Shown: one piece after another, positions 38,427 to 48,655 of the stretch
Layout of the letters: every line of letters starts with the position of its first letter
How positions within the stretch are numbered: the stretch's first letter is position 1
Source of the DNA: a virus
Virus record (IMG/VR): IMGVR_UViG_3300025133_000040
Coordinates: 1 to 64,000 of that record
Length of the DNA stretch: 64,000 bases
Direction: 5' to 3' (one strand)
Notes under the pieces: model-generated
Database searches by the model: none
Told to the model about the DNA's origin: nothing
Seen by the model: only the letters and a program-made list of their open reading frames with translations
Made by a program: the position numbers and the translations under genes

Positions 38427-38953
38427 TATTTCATCTTCCTTAGTTCTTCTAGCGTTCCTTGAAATATCACAATGCCATTTATGAGGCCGTTTTCCAGCAT
38501 CGCTTCAAACGGATTCTTCTCTAACTTGGCGACGGGGGGCTTCATTAGCTCTTGCCTATGTTCTTTAGCAAGGAACTCCCTCTCAATAATCTCTACATCC
38601 TCTTGTGTCCACGACTCAGATACTATCTTACATCTTATATCTCTAATATGTTTACCGTCCATCCACATTACTCGGTAGCGATATACGTCGGAACCTAAGA
38701 CCCTTATAGGTATCTGGTTTTTACTCTTTATCAGTCTCCATGCTATCACATGGTACATACGTTTTTCCCACCGCTTGCTTTCTTTATAGAAAATCATCTG
38801 GTCGAAGACAAGTCGGCCCTCGTCGTCATAGAAATGATTAATCTCAATCTTATCAACCACCTCTTGTAGTATTGTACCATGAAGGGGGCTGGGGTCAAGA
38901 GCAAATGAAACATTTGCCCACAAAAGAATCGCTAAGAAGAAGAACGCTCGCAT
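38426..38953 (-). CDS. Secreted protein with signal peptide
   Basis: MRAFFFLAILLWANVSFA signal peptide; IEINHFYDDEGRLVFDQMIFY...AWRL motif. Confidence 0.65.
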   Translation of the reverse strand: MRAFFFLAILLWANVSFALDPSPLHGTILQEVVDKIEINHFYDDEGRLVFDQMIFYKESKRWEKRMYHVIAWRLIKSKNQIPIRVLGSDVYRYRVMWMDGKHIRDIRCKIVSESWTQEDVEIIEREFLAKEHRQELMKPPVAKLEKNPFEAMLENGLINGIVIFQGTLEELRKMK

Positions 38954-39226
38954 TTAGAGCCCCCATTGGTCTTCCAAATCCTCCGCTTCGGCCTGTCTAC
39001 GCAACAGGTCATAAAACTGTGCCGCTGCTTTACAGTAGCCATCCTTGTAGTCGTCGGTCTTTAGGTTGTCTACGTCGAGGATAACATACTGAAGGCACTC
39101 CCACAGCATAGGTTGCTCCTCTTTAATTTGTAGATACCTTTCAACTTGCCAGTCCACACCGCCGTGGCTCATTGAGTTGAGGGCGCTTTCAAGGGTTTCA
39201 AATGTGACTTCCGGTAGATATGTCAT
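38954..39226 (-). CDS. Hypothetical protein
   Basis: 90-aa ORF with GGAG RBS. Confidence 0.6.
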   Translation of the reverse strand: MTYLPEVTFETLESALNSMSHGGVDWQVERYLQIKEEQPMLWECLQYVILDVDNLKTDDYKDGYCKAAAQFYDLLRRQAEAEDLEDQWGL

Positions 39227-39228
39227 GC

Positions 39229-40290
39229 TTACTCCGTTGAGCCAGGGGCTTTGTACTTGGTGAAGTCATGCCCCTCACGAGTCATGTGCTTCATAATCGT
39301 GTCTACGTCACGATGTTTAAAGGTTAGTTCAAGCTGCTCACACTGTGTCATGCACTCACCATTGTTTTTATGGATAGGAGTTACAGTAGTATCCTCAAAA
39401 GTCTCTTTAGCAAACTGACAAAAGCGACAAGGGCGAAGCCAGGGCTTAACAGACCTGTCGTGCTTGACTAGGCCAGGACGTTCCATTGTTTGCATTTCAA
39501 GAATCTGCTTACGCAGTCTCTCTAGTGTGTCAGCAATGTCCTTGCGCTCAAAGAACAAAGACACAGCCTTTTCCTTGTCGTTCACATAGAAGATAGTGAC
39601 CGTCAGGGTTTCCAAGTCTGGGAACAGCTTGTATGCGGCATACTGATAGAGCCTAAGCTGAATGTCAACCATTAGGTCGGAGTACTCTTTGCGCTGACCA
39701 GTACCCCAGTCCTTTCGCTGGCCGGTTTTCCAGTCAACAATCTCGTAGTGACCAGGGCCAACCTCTGTAATGAGGTCAATGGTGCCCCTGGCAAATACGG
39801 TTCCCTTCATAATATCTCCGCACACTTCGTACTCGTAGTCTGCCCACTCACTAGGAAGTGGAAATTCAAACTGAGCCTCTGGTTGCACGATTTTAAGCTT
39901 GCGAGGGTCGTATAAGCCGTCCTTGTAATCTAGGAACGCCCATGTCCAGGTGTGGCAGTCAATACGGTCAGCATCTTGCCAGTTGTGGTGGTCAAAAGCT
40001 TTTGTGTAGTAGTCGTACACCTTGTCAACCAAGTCGTCAACGTCAATCTTATAAACGTCTGCCGTTACCTCACCAAGAAATTCGTCATCAAAATAAGTAT
40101 CTTCGCCGTTTTGCTGTGCAAGCTTAGCACACGCTAGAATTTCAAGGGCCTTGTGACAAATGGTTCCCTTGTCGGCTTTCATATTTGAGGGGCCTTCCCA
40201 GCCCAGTACGTATTCACCTACCATTTTTAGCTCGCACATCTTTTTGCCCGAAAGCATAGATGAGCGGATATAAGTTACGGGTAAGCCCAT
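39229..40290 (-). CDS. Cas4/RecB-like PD-(D/E)xK exonuclease
   Basis: GTICH, GTIDL...IVDWKTG, QLRLY, C-terminal CRFC...C. Confidence 0.85.
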   Translation of the reverse strand: MGLPVTYIRSSMLSGKKMCELKMVGEYVLGWEGPSNMKADKGTICHKALEILACAKLAQQNGEDTYFDDEFLGEVTADVYKIDVDDLVDKVYDYYTKAFDHHNWQDADRIDCHTWTWAFLDYKDGLYDPRKLKIVQPEAQFEFPLPSEWADYEYEVCGDIMKGTVFARGTIDLITEVGPGHYEIVDWKTGQRKDWGTGQRKEYSDLMVDIQLRLYQYAAYKLFPDLETLTVTIFYVNDKEKAVSLFFERKDIADTLERLRKQILEMQTMERPGLVKHDRSVKPWLRPCRFCQFAKETFEDTTVTPIHKNNGECMTQCEQLELTFKHRDVDTIMKHMTREGHDFTKYKAPGSTE

Positions 40291-40298
40291 TTAGGTCT

Positions 40299-41141
40299 CT
40301 ATTCTGTTAAGTTTTCAGGAGCATCAATCCAGCCAGCCTCGACAAGAGCCTCACCAACTGCGTTCATTTGTTCTAGTAGATTCATCTTATGGTTGTCAAT
40401 CACCCAGTCGAACTTCGACCAGTCAAACTCGTCCTTGTCTAATGCCGTCTCACTAGGGTGCTGGTCCTGCCCCTCGTAAATATCTCGGGTCAGTCGCATT
40501 ACCTTGCCCCCTGCCTTCTGGATTGCCTCAACCTCATTAGGGAAGCGACAGTCAGTAATCAGGGCTACGAGTGGTTGCTCGATTTCAATGCGTCGGATAG
40601 TGGCGTCGGCCCATACGTTATGGTACATCTTACGGAACACCTCAGTACCCACGTACTGCATGACTTCACGAGCGGTCATGGTTCCCGGCGCATGATAAGT
40701 CATCCCTAAACTATCTAGGGTTTTCTTTCCATCAATTGTGTTCCACACGTCTGCTGTGGCAACCCCAGGCATGTCCTCCCACTTTAGGTGCGTAGCACTG
40801 TTCTTCTGCTCGTCAGTACCATAGCACTGTTCACGAGTTAGGCCAAGCACGTTCACGCACACGTCTTGCTTTAGCGTGTCTGCAAAAGAGTAGCACTTGA
40901 TATAGGGGTCTAGATAGTGGGCCTTGAAGTTGTACATCGCATCGTCAACACGCTCCAAGTCGAGAATACCTGCGCTGTCTTCTTGTCCTAGGAGGTCTGT
41001 AATTTGAATCTTACCCTCTGGGGTAACGGCTACAGAACCCTTCACTATTTGTAGTGCTCTTAGCTCCCTGGCTATCAACTGATTAGCTGCTGAGTTTTTT
41101 CCAGCTTGCTTCTTACCGCTGAATCCTAGAATTTTAGTCAT
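40299..41141 (-). CDS. Deoxynucleoside monophosphate kinase
   Basis: GKKQAGKN P-loop, SFADTLK, REVMQYVGTE, ITDCRFPNE, HPSE. Confidence 0.88.
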   Translation of the reverse strand: MTKILGFSGKKQAGKNSAANQLIARELRALQIVKGSVAVTPEGKIQITDLLGQEDSAGILDLERVDDAMYNFKAHYLDPYIKCYSFADTLKQDVCVNVLGLTREQCYGTDEQKNSATHLKWEDMPGVATADVWNTIDGKKTLDSLGMTYHAPGTMTAREVMQYVGTEVFRKMYHNVWADATIRRIEIEQPLVALITDCRFPNEVEAIQKAGGKVMRLTRDIYEGQDQHPSETALDKDEFDWSKFDWVIDNHKMNLLEQMNAVGEALVEAGWIDAPENLTE

Positions 41142-42309
41142 ACAAGTACGCTCCGTAAATATCTAATTGACTTAAGTATGGGTCAACGAACGCTCTTAGG
41201 TCTGGTGCTGATAGCTTACCTATGTCGTTGCCGTCTGGGGTTGCACCTATTATATTATATATATTACCACATTTGGTCTTCACATCTTCAATGAGAGTTC
41301 TACCGCCCTCATCATTGTCACCTATTACAAGTATACATAGAGCGCCGCTCTTGTCAAGTAATATTTTCTGCCCATCTTTGAGAGAGCTTCCGAAAACGGC
41401 TACGGAATTATGCACCCCAGCCTCTTCTAGCCTCCAGACATTGCCAGGGCTCTCCACGACGACGACAAGGCCGCTCTTTTTAATATGTCTCTTAGCGTAC
41501 CAAAGGTTGTAGAGGTGGTTGTCAGTCTTTAGCGTTTCACTATGCTTCCACTTGGGGTATCTCTTACACTCTCCAGAGGGGTTGTGATAGCCTTTACACT
41601 TCTCACACTCTGGATTAGTGCTACGACCACTACATCCCACCATGTAGCTATGCCACTCGTCGTAAACAGGTACTACCGTACGAGTATAGAATGGCTTTGT
41701 GGGGTCCGCACAGTAGCCAACGTCGTACTTTTCTAAGACTTCCTCACTATAAGGAGGGTCTAGGTTTAGATAGTAGGGAGACGGGATTCTAATGCCACTA
41801 TTTCGCACTTCTTCCCTACTAGGACCAGAGTCAACAACCTCGCTTTGCCGTTTCTTAGTTGCCAACCTAGAAATAAACCGTCGTCTTTCTTCTTGCTCGT
41901 CGCTAGTGTCAATATCATAGTTCTTTTTATTGACAAAGGCAGAGCACCACTCAACAGCCTCTCCAAACGACACTGTATCGTCACCCTTAGTCTCCCAATT
42001 GTATTCACAATGAGAAAGAACCCCCCGAATAAACCCTATAGGGCTATTGCAGAATACCTCTTGGCATTGTCTGGTATTACACAGCCAGTTTCCACGGTTT
42101 GAGTGACCGTCGTGAAAAACATTTAATGCGCTACCATTGTCACCGCCGTGAACAGGGCAGCAACCCACATACATCCTGTTTGTGCGGTACAAATCCAGGT
42201 TAAAGTACTGAACGACACGCTCAAAGTTATCAATAATATCATAGCCCAAGGCCAACAGCTTGGCTTGTGGCCATTTATTGGAATGGTATTCTTCCTTCGT
42301 CCTCGTCAT
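41134..42309 (-). CDS. dnaG: DNA primase (CHC2 zinc finger plus TOPRIM)
   Basis: CPVHGGDN...C..C; VVVESPGN; GDNDEGG. Confidence 0.85.
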   Translation of the reverse strand: MTRTKEEYHSNKWPQAKLLALGYDIIDNFERVVQYFNLDLYRTNRMYVGCCPVHGGDNGSALNVFHDGHSNRGNWLCNTRQCQEVFCNSPIGFIRGVLSHCEYNWETKGDDTVSFGEAVEWCSAFVNKKNYDIDTSDEQEERRRFISRLATKKRQSEVVDSGPSREEVRNSGIRIPSPYYLNLDPPYSEEVLEKYDVGYCADPTKPFYTRTVVPVYDEWHSYMVGCSGRSTNPECEKCKGYHNPSGECKRYPKWKHSETLKTDNHLYNLWYAKRHIKKSGLVVVVESPGNVWRLEEAGVHNSVAVFGSSLKDGQKILLDKSGALCILVIGDNDEGGRTLIEDVKTKCGNIYNIIGATPDGNDIGKLSAPDLRAFVDPYLSQLDIYGAYLYD

Positions 42310-43750
42310 CGCCGTCTTCCCTCAATGTTAAGTTATTTCGTACAGCACCTTCGTCAAGCTCAAAGCGGGTTTCACCCTCTAAGATTTGAGCACACCACCC
42401 CTTAACTTGCACGTTGATGTAGTTACCGTCCTCAATTCCACCGCCATGACGAGTCACCACAGGGCACAGCTTGTGTGTCCCGTTTTCTTCTGGGTCGTCA
42501 GACAATTCTTCTGGAGATTTCTTCTTAAAGATTGTGAAATTACTACACAGCCAGATGATTCTGTCGGAACCGGAAGCGGCCCCTGTTCCCTCGTCTTTAA
42601 TGCCGTCACGATTCAACTGCATCAGAGACAAGATAGGAACGTCGTAGCGAACAGCAAAGTTGTGCAGGCCGGTCATCATAAAGCCTAGCAACTGATACTC
42701 TTTTAGGTCTGCGCTGACGCCTTTAGAGTCCATGAGCTTAAGATAGTCGTAGAAGATAACACAGTCGTTAGCTTTTCCGTTCTCGTCGAGTCCAACCTCT
42801 TTAACAATCCACCTTCTAATCAGTGCTAGAATTTCCTCAAAAGGCATACCGGCCACAGATTTGTGGAAATAAGGTGCAGCCTTGAGTTTCTTGGCACCCT
42901 CCATAGCTTTCTGGAATGACTCGGGTTTTTGGCCAAACTTACCTGTCTCAATGTCGTTAATGCCTACGCCACTAAGCATAGCAAGAGAGCGAGCAAGGTG
43001 GTCTTCCTTGCGCATTTCCGTATCAAGGTTGAGTACTGGTAGACCATGAGTACTAGCGATATGATAGCCCATATTATCCGTTAGGAGGGTCTTACCTGTC
43101 TTAGGACGAGCGCCAATCATATTGACCGTACCTCGACGCAAGCCGCCGCCAATGCACTCGTCATAGCGAGGGAACCCTGTGGAAATACCAATCTGTTCAA
43201 CTGGATTATCGGCTAGGTGTTGAAGAAATTCCTCTGCACCATCACCTAAGACCTCTGGTTCGTTGTCGTTGTCGTTTAGCAGGGAGGTAAAGTCGAAGAT
43301 TGTGTCTTCTGCAATGCCTAGAATCTGAGCAACTGGTTCATCTCCCTTGACGTGCATCAGCTTGTTCTGTGCGTCACCAAGTTGAGAGTGCAGCAGCCTT
43401 GTAACTTGAAGCTTGCGAATCTTCGCAGCAAATGCTCTAACATTGCGTAGCTCAACAGGGAAATTCATAATGGCTTCTAGATAGCCACCTTCTGTTTTTT
43501 CAGTAAACAGGTCAGCAACACCCATCTCGTGTGCGGCAGAGTGGACAGAGGGCAGGTCAATCTTGCGGGTGTCATCGTTCTCCATAATTCGCGCTAAACA
43601 TCCGTAGAGCACAGAGTTGAAGGTCTCTGTAAAGGTATCTGCCTGCAAAATATCCGCAATGTCGTAGTAGGCATCGGAACCATGTCGGCAAATACCAGCC
43701 AAGACAGCACGCTCCGCTGCCTTATCACTTAAAATCTTAGTAGTTTTCAT
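42275..43750 (-). CDS. dnaB: Replicative DNA helicase
   Basis: AERAVL, GISTGF, ARPKTGKT, DTEM, DYLKL, QLNR. Confidence 0.93.
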   Translation of the reverse strand: MKTTKILSDKAAERAVLAGICRHGSDAYYDIADILQADTFTETFNSVLYGCLARIMENDDTRKIDLPSVHSAAHEMGVADLFTEKTEGGYLEAIMNFPVELRNVRAFAAKIRKLQVTRLLHSQLGDAQNKLMHVKGDEPVAQILGIAEDTIFDFTSLLNDNDNEPEVLGDGAEEFLQHLADNPVEQIGISTGFPRYDECIGGGLRRGTVNMIGARPKTGKTLLTDNMGYHIASTHGLPVLNLDTEMRKEDHLARSLAMLSGVGINDIETGKFGQKPESFQKAMEGAKKLKAAPYFHKSVAGMPFEEILALIRRWIVKEVGLDENGKANDCVIFYDYLKLMDSKGVSADLKEYQLLGFMMTGLHNFAVRYDVPILSLMQLNRDGIKDEGTGAASGSDRIIWLCSNFTIFKKKSPEELSDDPEENGTHKLCPVVTRHGGGIEDGNYINVQVKGWCAQILEGETRFELDEGAVRNNLTLREDGDDEDEGRIPFQ

Positions 43751-44371
43751 CTATTTTCCTCTTGTCGCACACCTATTACACACATATCTCCACTCTTTTT
43801 CCATCGCGTCATAGTGTAACATCTCCCCACCAACCCTGAATACCCTATTGCACTTATGACAGTTAATTTCTACGCCCTCATAATCCTCTCTTCTCTCTGC
43901 CGGGGCCGCGCCATTACACACTGGGTCCACCTTCTTCTGCCAAGCAGTATCTTCCTTGGCGGTGTTGCTAAATTCGTCAATATCGAATTTGTTTACTTCG
44001 TCTATGTCTTCTCTGTTGTTTGGCATGGTCTCTGTACGACCCTGTGCCTGACCCCTAGTATCTCCAGGCTTTAAGACCCTTGGCCTCTTATTCTTTCGGG
44101 TAGTAGGCCGCTGCTTCAGCTTAGGTTTTGGCGTTTCTTCTCCTGGTATTATAATACGACTTGGCTTGGAGTCAACCCTTTTATTCCTATTTTGTTTACG
44201 CTTGCTGCCGGGCTTCTTCTTGCCCGTAGGTCTTGCTGGTGCCCCTGGTTCTGCCCCACCTAGCCCCTCCATCAGCTTCATCTTCTCAGCCGGTGTTAGG
44301 GTGTCTAGTGTGTTTAGTATGTCAGCCGCAGTAATCTTACTGGGTTTTCTTTTCTGTTTTCTTTTAGCCAT
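43751..44371 (-). CDS. Basic protein with C-terminal zinc ribbon
   Basis: K/R-rich; CHKC...CNRC. Confidence 0.6.
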   Translation of the reverse strand: MAKRKQKRKPSKITAADILNTLDTLTPAEKMKLMEGLGGAEPGAPARPTGKKKPGSKRKQNRNKRVDSKPSRIIIPGEETPKPKLKQRPTTRKNKRPRVLKPGDTRGQAQGRTETMPNNREDIDEVNKFDIDEFSNTAKEDTAWQKKVDPVCNGAAPAERREDYEGVEINCHKCNRVFRVGGEMLHYDAMEKEWRYVCNRCATRGK

Positions 44372-44861
44372 GTTTGTTCTCCGAAACTTTAGCGATTTGA
44401 TTATCTTTCAGACTACCGGCCAAAGCTTGAAGGTGTTTTGATAAACCGTCGAGTCTAGCCTTCCTTTGCTCTGCATAGTCTTTTATTTGTATGATTTTAG
44501 CGACGACTGAGTTTTCCTTGGCGACCGCACTCATTTTGAACTCATGCGAACCAAACAGGTCTTTGATTATTCTTAGGTTGGTTGATGTTGTGCCGTATTC
44601 GTTGAGTTTTGCCTTACACCAGAGCACACGAGAGCTTTCCTTGTTCATCGCCCTGGTGAGATACCATCCGTACTGCAATAATCTATAAGATATTTCAGCA
44701 CACCCAGTGGGAGTTAGCTTAGCAAGGGCATTTCTAGGCATGTTAAGGTACTCGTCCAACTCAATCTCCATGCCGGGAGGTGCGGCAGCAGGAAGGCACA
44801 GGGCCTTTTCATAGTCGTCCAGGGCATCCTGTATAAATTGCATGTCTTCATTAACATTCAT
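44364..44861 (-). CDS. Coiled-coil protein, possibly a UvsY-like recombination mediator
   Basis: Helical 165 aa near recA; function inferred from size and position only. Confidence 0.35.
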   Translation of the reverse strand: MNVNEDMQFIQDALDDYEKALCLPAAAPPGMEIELDEYLNMPRNALAKLTPTGCAEISYRLLQYGWYLTRAMNKESSRVLWCKAKLNEYGTTSTNLRIIKDLFGSHEFKMSAVAKENSVVAKIIQIKDYAEQRKARLDGLSKHLQALAGSLKDNQIAKVSENKHG

Positions 44862-45246
44862 CTAGTTTCTCCCTCATATCGCCTTCACTGTCTTTGTAGC
44901 TGAACTCAATTAATGTGATGCCGTTCAACTCGCACCACTCTTTCTTATTTCTATCGTTCTTTTTACCTGCAACAAAGTCCATCTTGCTCTTGTGAAACAT
45001 AGGGGTGAACTTGAAGTGCTGAACACCGTGAAATTCTACGGCAATATTAAGTATAGGTATAAAAATATCCAAGTACAGTGTCTTGTTCCTGACTATTGGA
45101 ATAGACACCTCTTGGAGGATGCGAACGGTCGGCCACTTCTCCCTTAACAGGGCTAGGCTGGCATTATGCCCTATGGATGCAGTCGTATGACGGTGCTCCT
45201 TTGGGGTCCACTTTACAGTCGTATCGTCTAACATTGTTACCCACAT
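44851..45246 (-). CDS. DUF559/Vsr-like endonuclease
   Basis: LYLDIFIP..NIAVEFHGVQH...D..K..WC..NGI.LI. Confidence 0.75.
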   Translation of the reverse strand: MWVTMLDDTTVKWTPKEHRHTTASIGHNASLALLREKWPTVRILQEVSIPIVRNKTLYLDIFIPILNIAVEFHGVQHFKFTPMFHKSKMDFVAGKKNDRNKKEWCELNGITLIEFSYKDSEGDMREKLDEC

Positions 45247-46310
45247 TAAAACCCCATCATTTCTCGTACTTGCTTGCTAATTTCAGTATATGTCTCAGGA
45301 TTTTCCCTTAGGTAGTCAGCCGCCTTGTCCTTACCCTGTGCTTTGCTCTCGTCTGGGAACGTATACCATGCACCACCCTTATTGATGATGCCAATATCAA
45401 CAGCCATGTCGATAATTTCCCACTCCTTGTCAATACCGTGATTGTACCTTAGAAATGACTCAGCCTTGCGCCCAGGAGGGCCTATAGAGGACGAGTGGCA
45501 CTTCCAATGAACGACTTGACCAATGGGATTATCGTTGTTCTCAGGCTTAAGTGTGCGGTGTGTAGCCTCAAGCTTAACATCCATCTGATATTGCAACTTA
45601 CGGCCACTAGCTTCCATCCAAGGACTCATACTCCTGCTCTGGTCAGCGATTTTATGTGTCACACCAAGGATAAGGCACTTGTTGACTGGTAGGACGTTGG
45701 ACACTTTCTTGCAGAAGCTAGAGAGCATCAGAGGAACATCGTCACGGAAGCGGTCGGCGTAGCTGGAGTCCATTCTGGAGCCACTACATAGCTGGGAGAA
45801 CGAATCTACAACAAAAATAGACCCCGGCTTAGTATTGACTAAGTGCTCTAAGATAGAGAGGTATTTCTCAGCGGTGAGAATATTCCCTGGTTCCGACTGG
45901 ATGCTAGTAAACCACCTTTCGGAGAGGTCTAGAGACTTAATGCCAGCAAGGTCTCTCGCCTTAATTCGTCCTTCAATATTGAAGAAGTAGACATGCCTGC
46001 CGTCTGGACACAAGTCGTTGGCATACTCCATTCCTTGTGCTGTTCCAGCGAAGTCGAGCCACAGAGTGGTCTTTCCTACCTTGGGAGGGCCAGTTGAGAT
46101 ACAAAAACTACCCTCTGGGATACCTCCTGCAAGCATCAGGTCAATCGCAGGACTAACTGGAATAGTAACACTTGGGTTGTCCACAATAGACTGCCCGCTA
46201 ACGAAAATTCCCTCACCAAATTCCTTAATCAAAGATGCGTCAATTGCTGGTGCAACCTTTGTGCCCCCAGAGTCCTTCGCCTTAGCCTTAGCCTTTGCCT
46301 TCTTCGCCAT
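45246..46310 (-). CDS. recA: RecA/UvsX recombinase
   Basis: DLMLAGGIP, GPPKVGKTT, VVDS, GAWY, QGK. Confidence 0.9.
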   Translation of the reverse strand: MAKKAKAKAKAKDSGGTKVAPAIDASLIKEFGEGIFVSGQSIVDNPSVTIPVSPAIDLMLAGGIPEGSFCISTGPPKVGKTTLWLDFAGTAQGMEYANDLCPDGRHVYFFNIEGRIKARDLAGIKSLDLSERWFTSIQSEPGNILTAEKYLSILEHLVNTKPGSIFVVDSFSQLCSGSRMDSSYADRFRDDVPLMLSSFCKKVSNVLPVNKCLILGVTHKIADQSRSMSPWMEASGRKLQYQMDVKLEATHRTLKPENNDNPIGQVVHWKCHSSSIGPPGRKAESFLRYNHGIDKEWEIIDMAVDIGIINKGGAWYTFPDESKAQGKDKAADYLRENPETYTEISKQVREMMGF

Positions 46311-46761
46311 TCTCTATCTCCGTTAGCTTACCTAGTAACGAGCCCGTACTGCGTCGTTTCCTTGGCTTGCTTGTTACTGTTTGCTCGTTATACTCTTTTT
46401 GGTTAGTTATTGCTGCTTCTCTCTTTACTGCCTCAGCCACGACTTCTTTCTGCTTCTCTTCAATTATACGCACCAACCAAGGAGAACGCAAGCTATAAGT
46501 TTTGCGACTTCTAAAATCTTGTAGGGCACGAATGATTGCAAGCTCGTCATACTTTTTGAGAAGCTTGTTTGCTGCTGGAGTTTGATTGCGGAAGTACTTT
46601 GCCCACTCAGGTAGACGCCAAAAGCGAACGGGTAGTGCTGTTACCTCGTCCGCTTCGGCTTTTTTATAGCAAATTAATTCAACAATATATTGAGCCGCTG
46701 TTACGAACTCACCAGGGGAACTAGGGGAAGGGTACTTACACTTTTCCGTTCGTTTCGGCAT
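46288..46761 (-). CDS. Hypothetical protein
   Basis: Basic ORF in operon. Confidence 0.6.
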   Translation of the reverse strand: MPKRTEKCKYPSPSSPGEFVTAAQYIVELICYKKAEADEVTALPVRFWRLPEWAKYFRNQTPAANKLLKKYDELAIIRALQDFRSRKTYSLRSPWLVRIIEEKQKEVVAEAVKREAAITNQKEYNEQTVTSKPRKRRSTGSLLGKLTEIENGEEGKG

Positions 46762-47263
46762 TTTCACTCATTTCCTTATAGAGGTCTTTGTAAGCCTTCT
46801 TAAGATTACGATACAACTTAAACTTTCTAGTGGCCTCGTGCTGTATTCTCATACCCACACAATCACATTGCTTTTTGTCATACAGGTTGTGGTGACCTTC
46901 TTTCCTAAATGTTCTTAGGACAGTATCAACGGAACACCCATACTCTTCATCGTCGTCACAAACAATGATGGCGTATAACCCCATGCGTCTCTGACGGTGC
47001 ATTTGTTCGTCGTAGTGAAATCCTACGTGCTTAATCCCTGGACCGTGATAGACTTCTTCTAGCTCATCGCATTTGAGCACACACTTAAAGACAAGAGCGT
47101 CTACCATAAACTTTTCAGTTTGGGTAAGTTCCTGAGGGCCGTCATACTGAGGGTCTCTCTTTAAGGCTTTAATATCAAGAGCTATCCTTGCCATCTCTGC
47201 CTTTAGGTCTTTTGCTGATGTCCACAAGGTGTTTAACTGCGTTTCGGTTGCATAGTCGTTCAT
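46736..47263 (-). CDS. Hypothetical protein
   Basis: 175-aa ORF, ATGA-coupled. Confidence 0.6.
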   Translation of the reverse strand: MNDYATETQLNTLWTSAKDLKAEMARIALDIKALKRDPQYDGPQELTQTEKFMVDALVFKCVLKCDELEEVYHGPGIKHVGFHYDEQMHRQRRMGLYAIIVCDDDEEYGCSVDTVLRTFRKEGHHNLYDKKQCDCVGMRIQHEATRKFKLYRNLKKAYKDLYKEMSENAETNGKV

Positions 47264-47823
47264 TCTTTAATCTTCTTACTTTTAATATTGTAAACATTAC
47301 CACGAGCACTACGGCAAACGTCTGGAAGAGGGCGACGATTAGCACTATCGTCACTCTTTTCAGCAGCGGCAGCAGTCATAATAGACACGCCCTTAGAACC
47401 ACCCTTGGTTTCACGAATCATGTAGCTACTAACGTCCCGGCTATTAACCGCAAAAGTGTATAGCTCACGACCATCCTTGGGTAGTTCGTACAGCTTAGGG
47501 ATAGCAGAATCAAGCAACTCCCTAGCGTCGTTAGGGGAGAAGCCGTTGCGACCCATATAGGCTATCGCTTGGTCGTACATATCCTGAGGAACCTCAATAA
47601 CCTCAGCTTCCTCCTCTAGTACTGGTTCGTCTTCTTCGATTGCTTCTGCATACTGCGCTCGCACAATAGTATCAATCAAGTCTGACAGTTCAGTGTTAAC
47701 ATACTTCTCAACTGTGGGTGAGCGTCTGCCAAGTTCTTTGGCGATTTCTGAAATAGACTTGCCATCGTGAATCATACCCTGAATAGAATATTTCTCAACT
47801 TGAGTTAGGGGGCCACTAGCCAT
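47260..47823 (-). CDS. HTH DNA-binding protein
   Basis: LTQVEK...GKSISEIAKELGRRSPTVEKYV HTH; start MASG (TAATG coupling). Confidence 0.7.
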   Translation of the reverse strand: MASGPLTQVEKYSIQGMIHDGKSISEIAKELGRRSPTVEKYVNTELSDLIDTIVRAQYAEAIEEDEPVLEEEAEVIEVPQDMYDQAIAYMGRNGFSPNDARELLDSAIPKLYELPKDGRELYTFAVNSRDVSSYMIRETKGGSKGVSIMTAAAAEKSDDSANRRPLPDVCRSARGNVYNIKSKKIKE

Positions 47824-48278
47824 TAAAATGCCTCTCTTTCCGCATTTACTAGATGCGCACGGTTCTTTGTTCTTAAAAATGCAAGGTAGCTTAGGAATGG
47901 TTTGACAGGAACGTCTGTCCATCGTAGCTCGGAGATTCCCAAGCGGGTTTTGTTGTGTTGTGCTTGCTCAGCGTCACTGGTAGGGTCAACAAAGTGGCCA
48001 CTGTTTAACTGACGGATGAACATAGAGCCACCAACCTTCATAGCACATGCTAGGTCACGGTCCTTAGCCATGATAGGGGTGCTATCTGGATACACTAGGC
48101 AATGTAGCACAGGGTTTCCGCTTTCGTCGAACGTATCGTTCTTACCAACAATCGTATAGACAATGGTCTCTGCCATGTCATCGCCTGCTGCTGCTTCAAA
48201 TGTTTCAGGCTCTTTAACCGGGCGAAAAATTGCACTATCGGCTTCGTCGTTAAAGGCTCTGTTCGGATTTCTAGCCAT
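47823..48278 (-). CDS. Hypothetical protein
   Basis: 151-aa ORF in operon. Confidence 0.6.
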   Translation of the reverse strand: MARNPNRAFNDEADSAIFRPVKEPETFEAAAGDDMAETIVYTIVGKNDTFDESGNPVLHCLVYPDSTPIMAKDRDLACAMKVGGSMFIRQLNSGHFVDPTSDAEQAQHNKTRLGISELRWTDVPVKPFLSYLAFLRTKNRAHLVNAEREAF

Positions 48279-48651
48279 TTATATCTTTCTTTCTTTTCTT
48301 AGGACTGCGAGTTTGCTTTCTGGACGCCAGCTTATCGCCTCTTGCGTCTACAGGCACACGAGTACCACCATCTGGCATAGGCCCTTCATAAGGCTTACGC
48401 AGGTGTTCGGTATTCTCTTGGTTGATTTTGTGCTTTTCGTCTTTACTGAGCTTGTCAGTATTCACGTCGGCCTTGTGGCCTAGCGACTGGGGGATTGTGG
48501 TAGATATACTAGCACATTCAGTGTAGTTTCTAGTACATCTTTTCTTACCGCAGGATGGACAGGTAGGTCGAGAGGTGCTCGATTGGGCCATTGGATAGAC
48601 CCTCTCAAACACTGTCTCGCATTTGTCACACTCAAAATTATAAGCGGGCAT
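48271..48651 (-). CDS. FmdB-family zinc-ribbon protein
   Basis: MPAYNFECDKC..VFE...CPSCG. Confidence 0.8.
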   Translation of the reverse strand: MPAYNFECDKCETVFERVYPMAQSSTSRPTCPSCGKKRCTRNYTECASISTTIPQSLGHKADVNTDKLSKDEKHKINQENTEHLRKPYEGPMPDGGTRVPVDARGDKLASRKQTRSPKKRKKDING

Positions 48652-48655
48652 CTTT

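Noticed and set aside
39229-40290. Cas4-like gene as part of a CRISPR-Cas system
   Set aside because: No repeat-spacer array or other cas genes are visible; solo Cas4-like nucleases are common in phage replication modules
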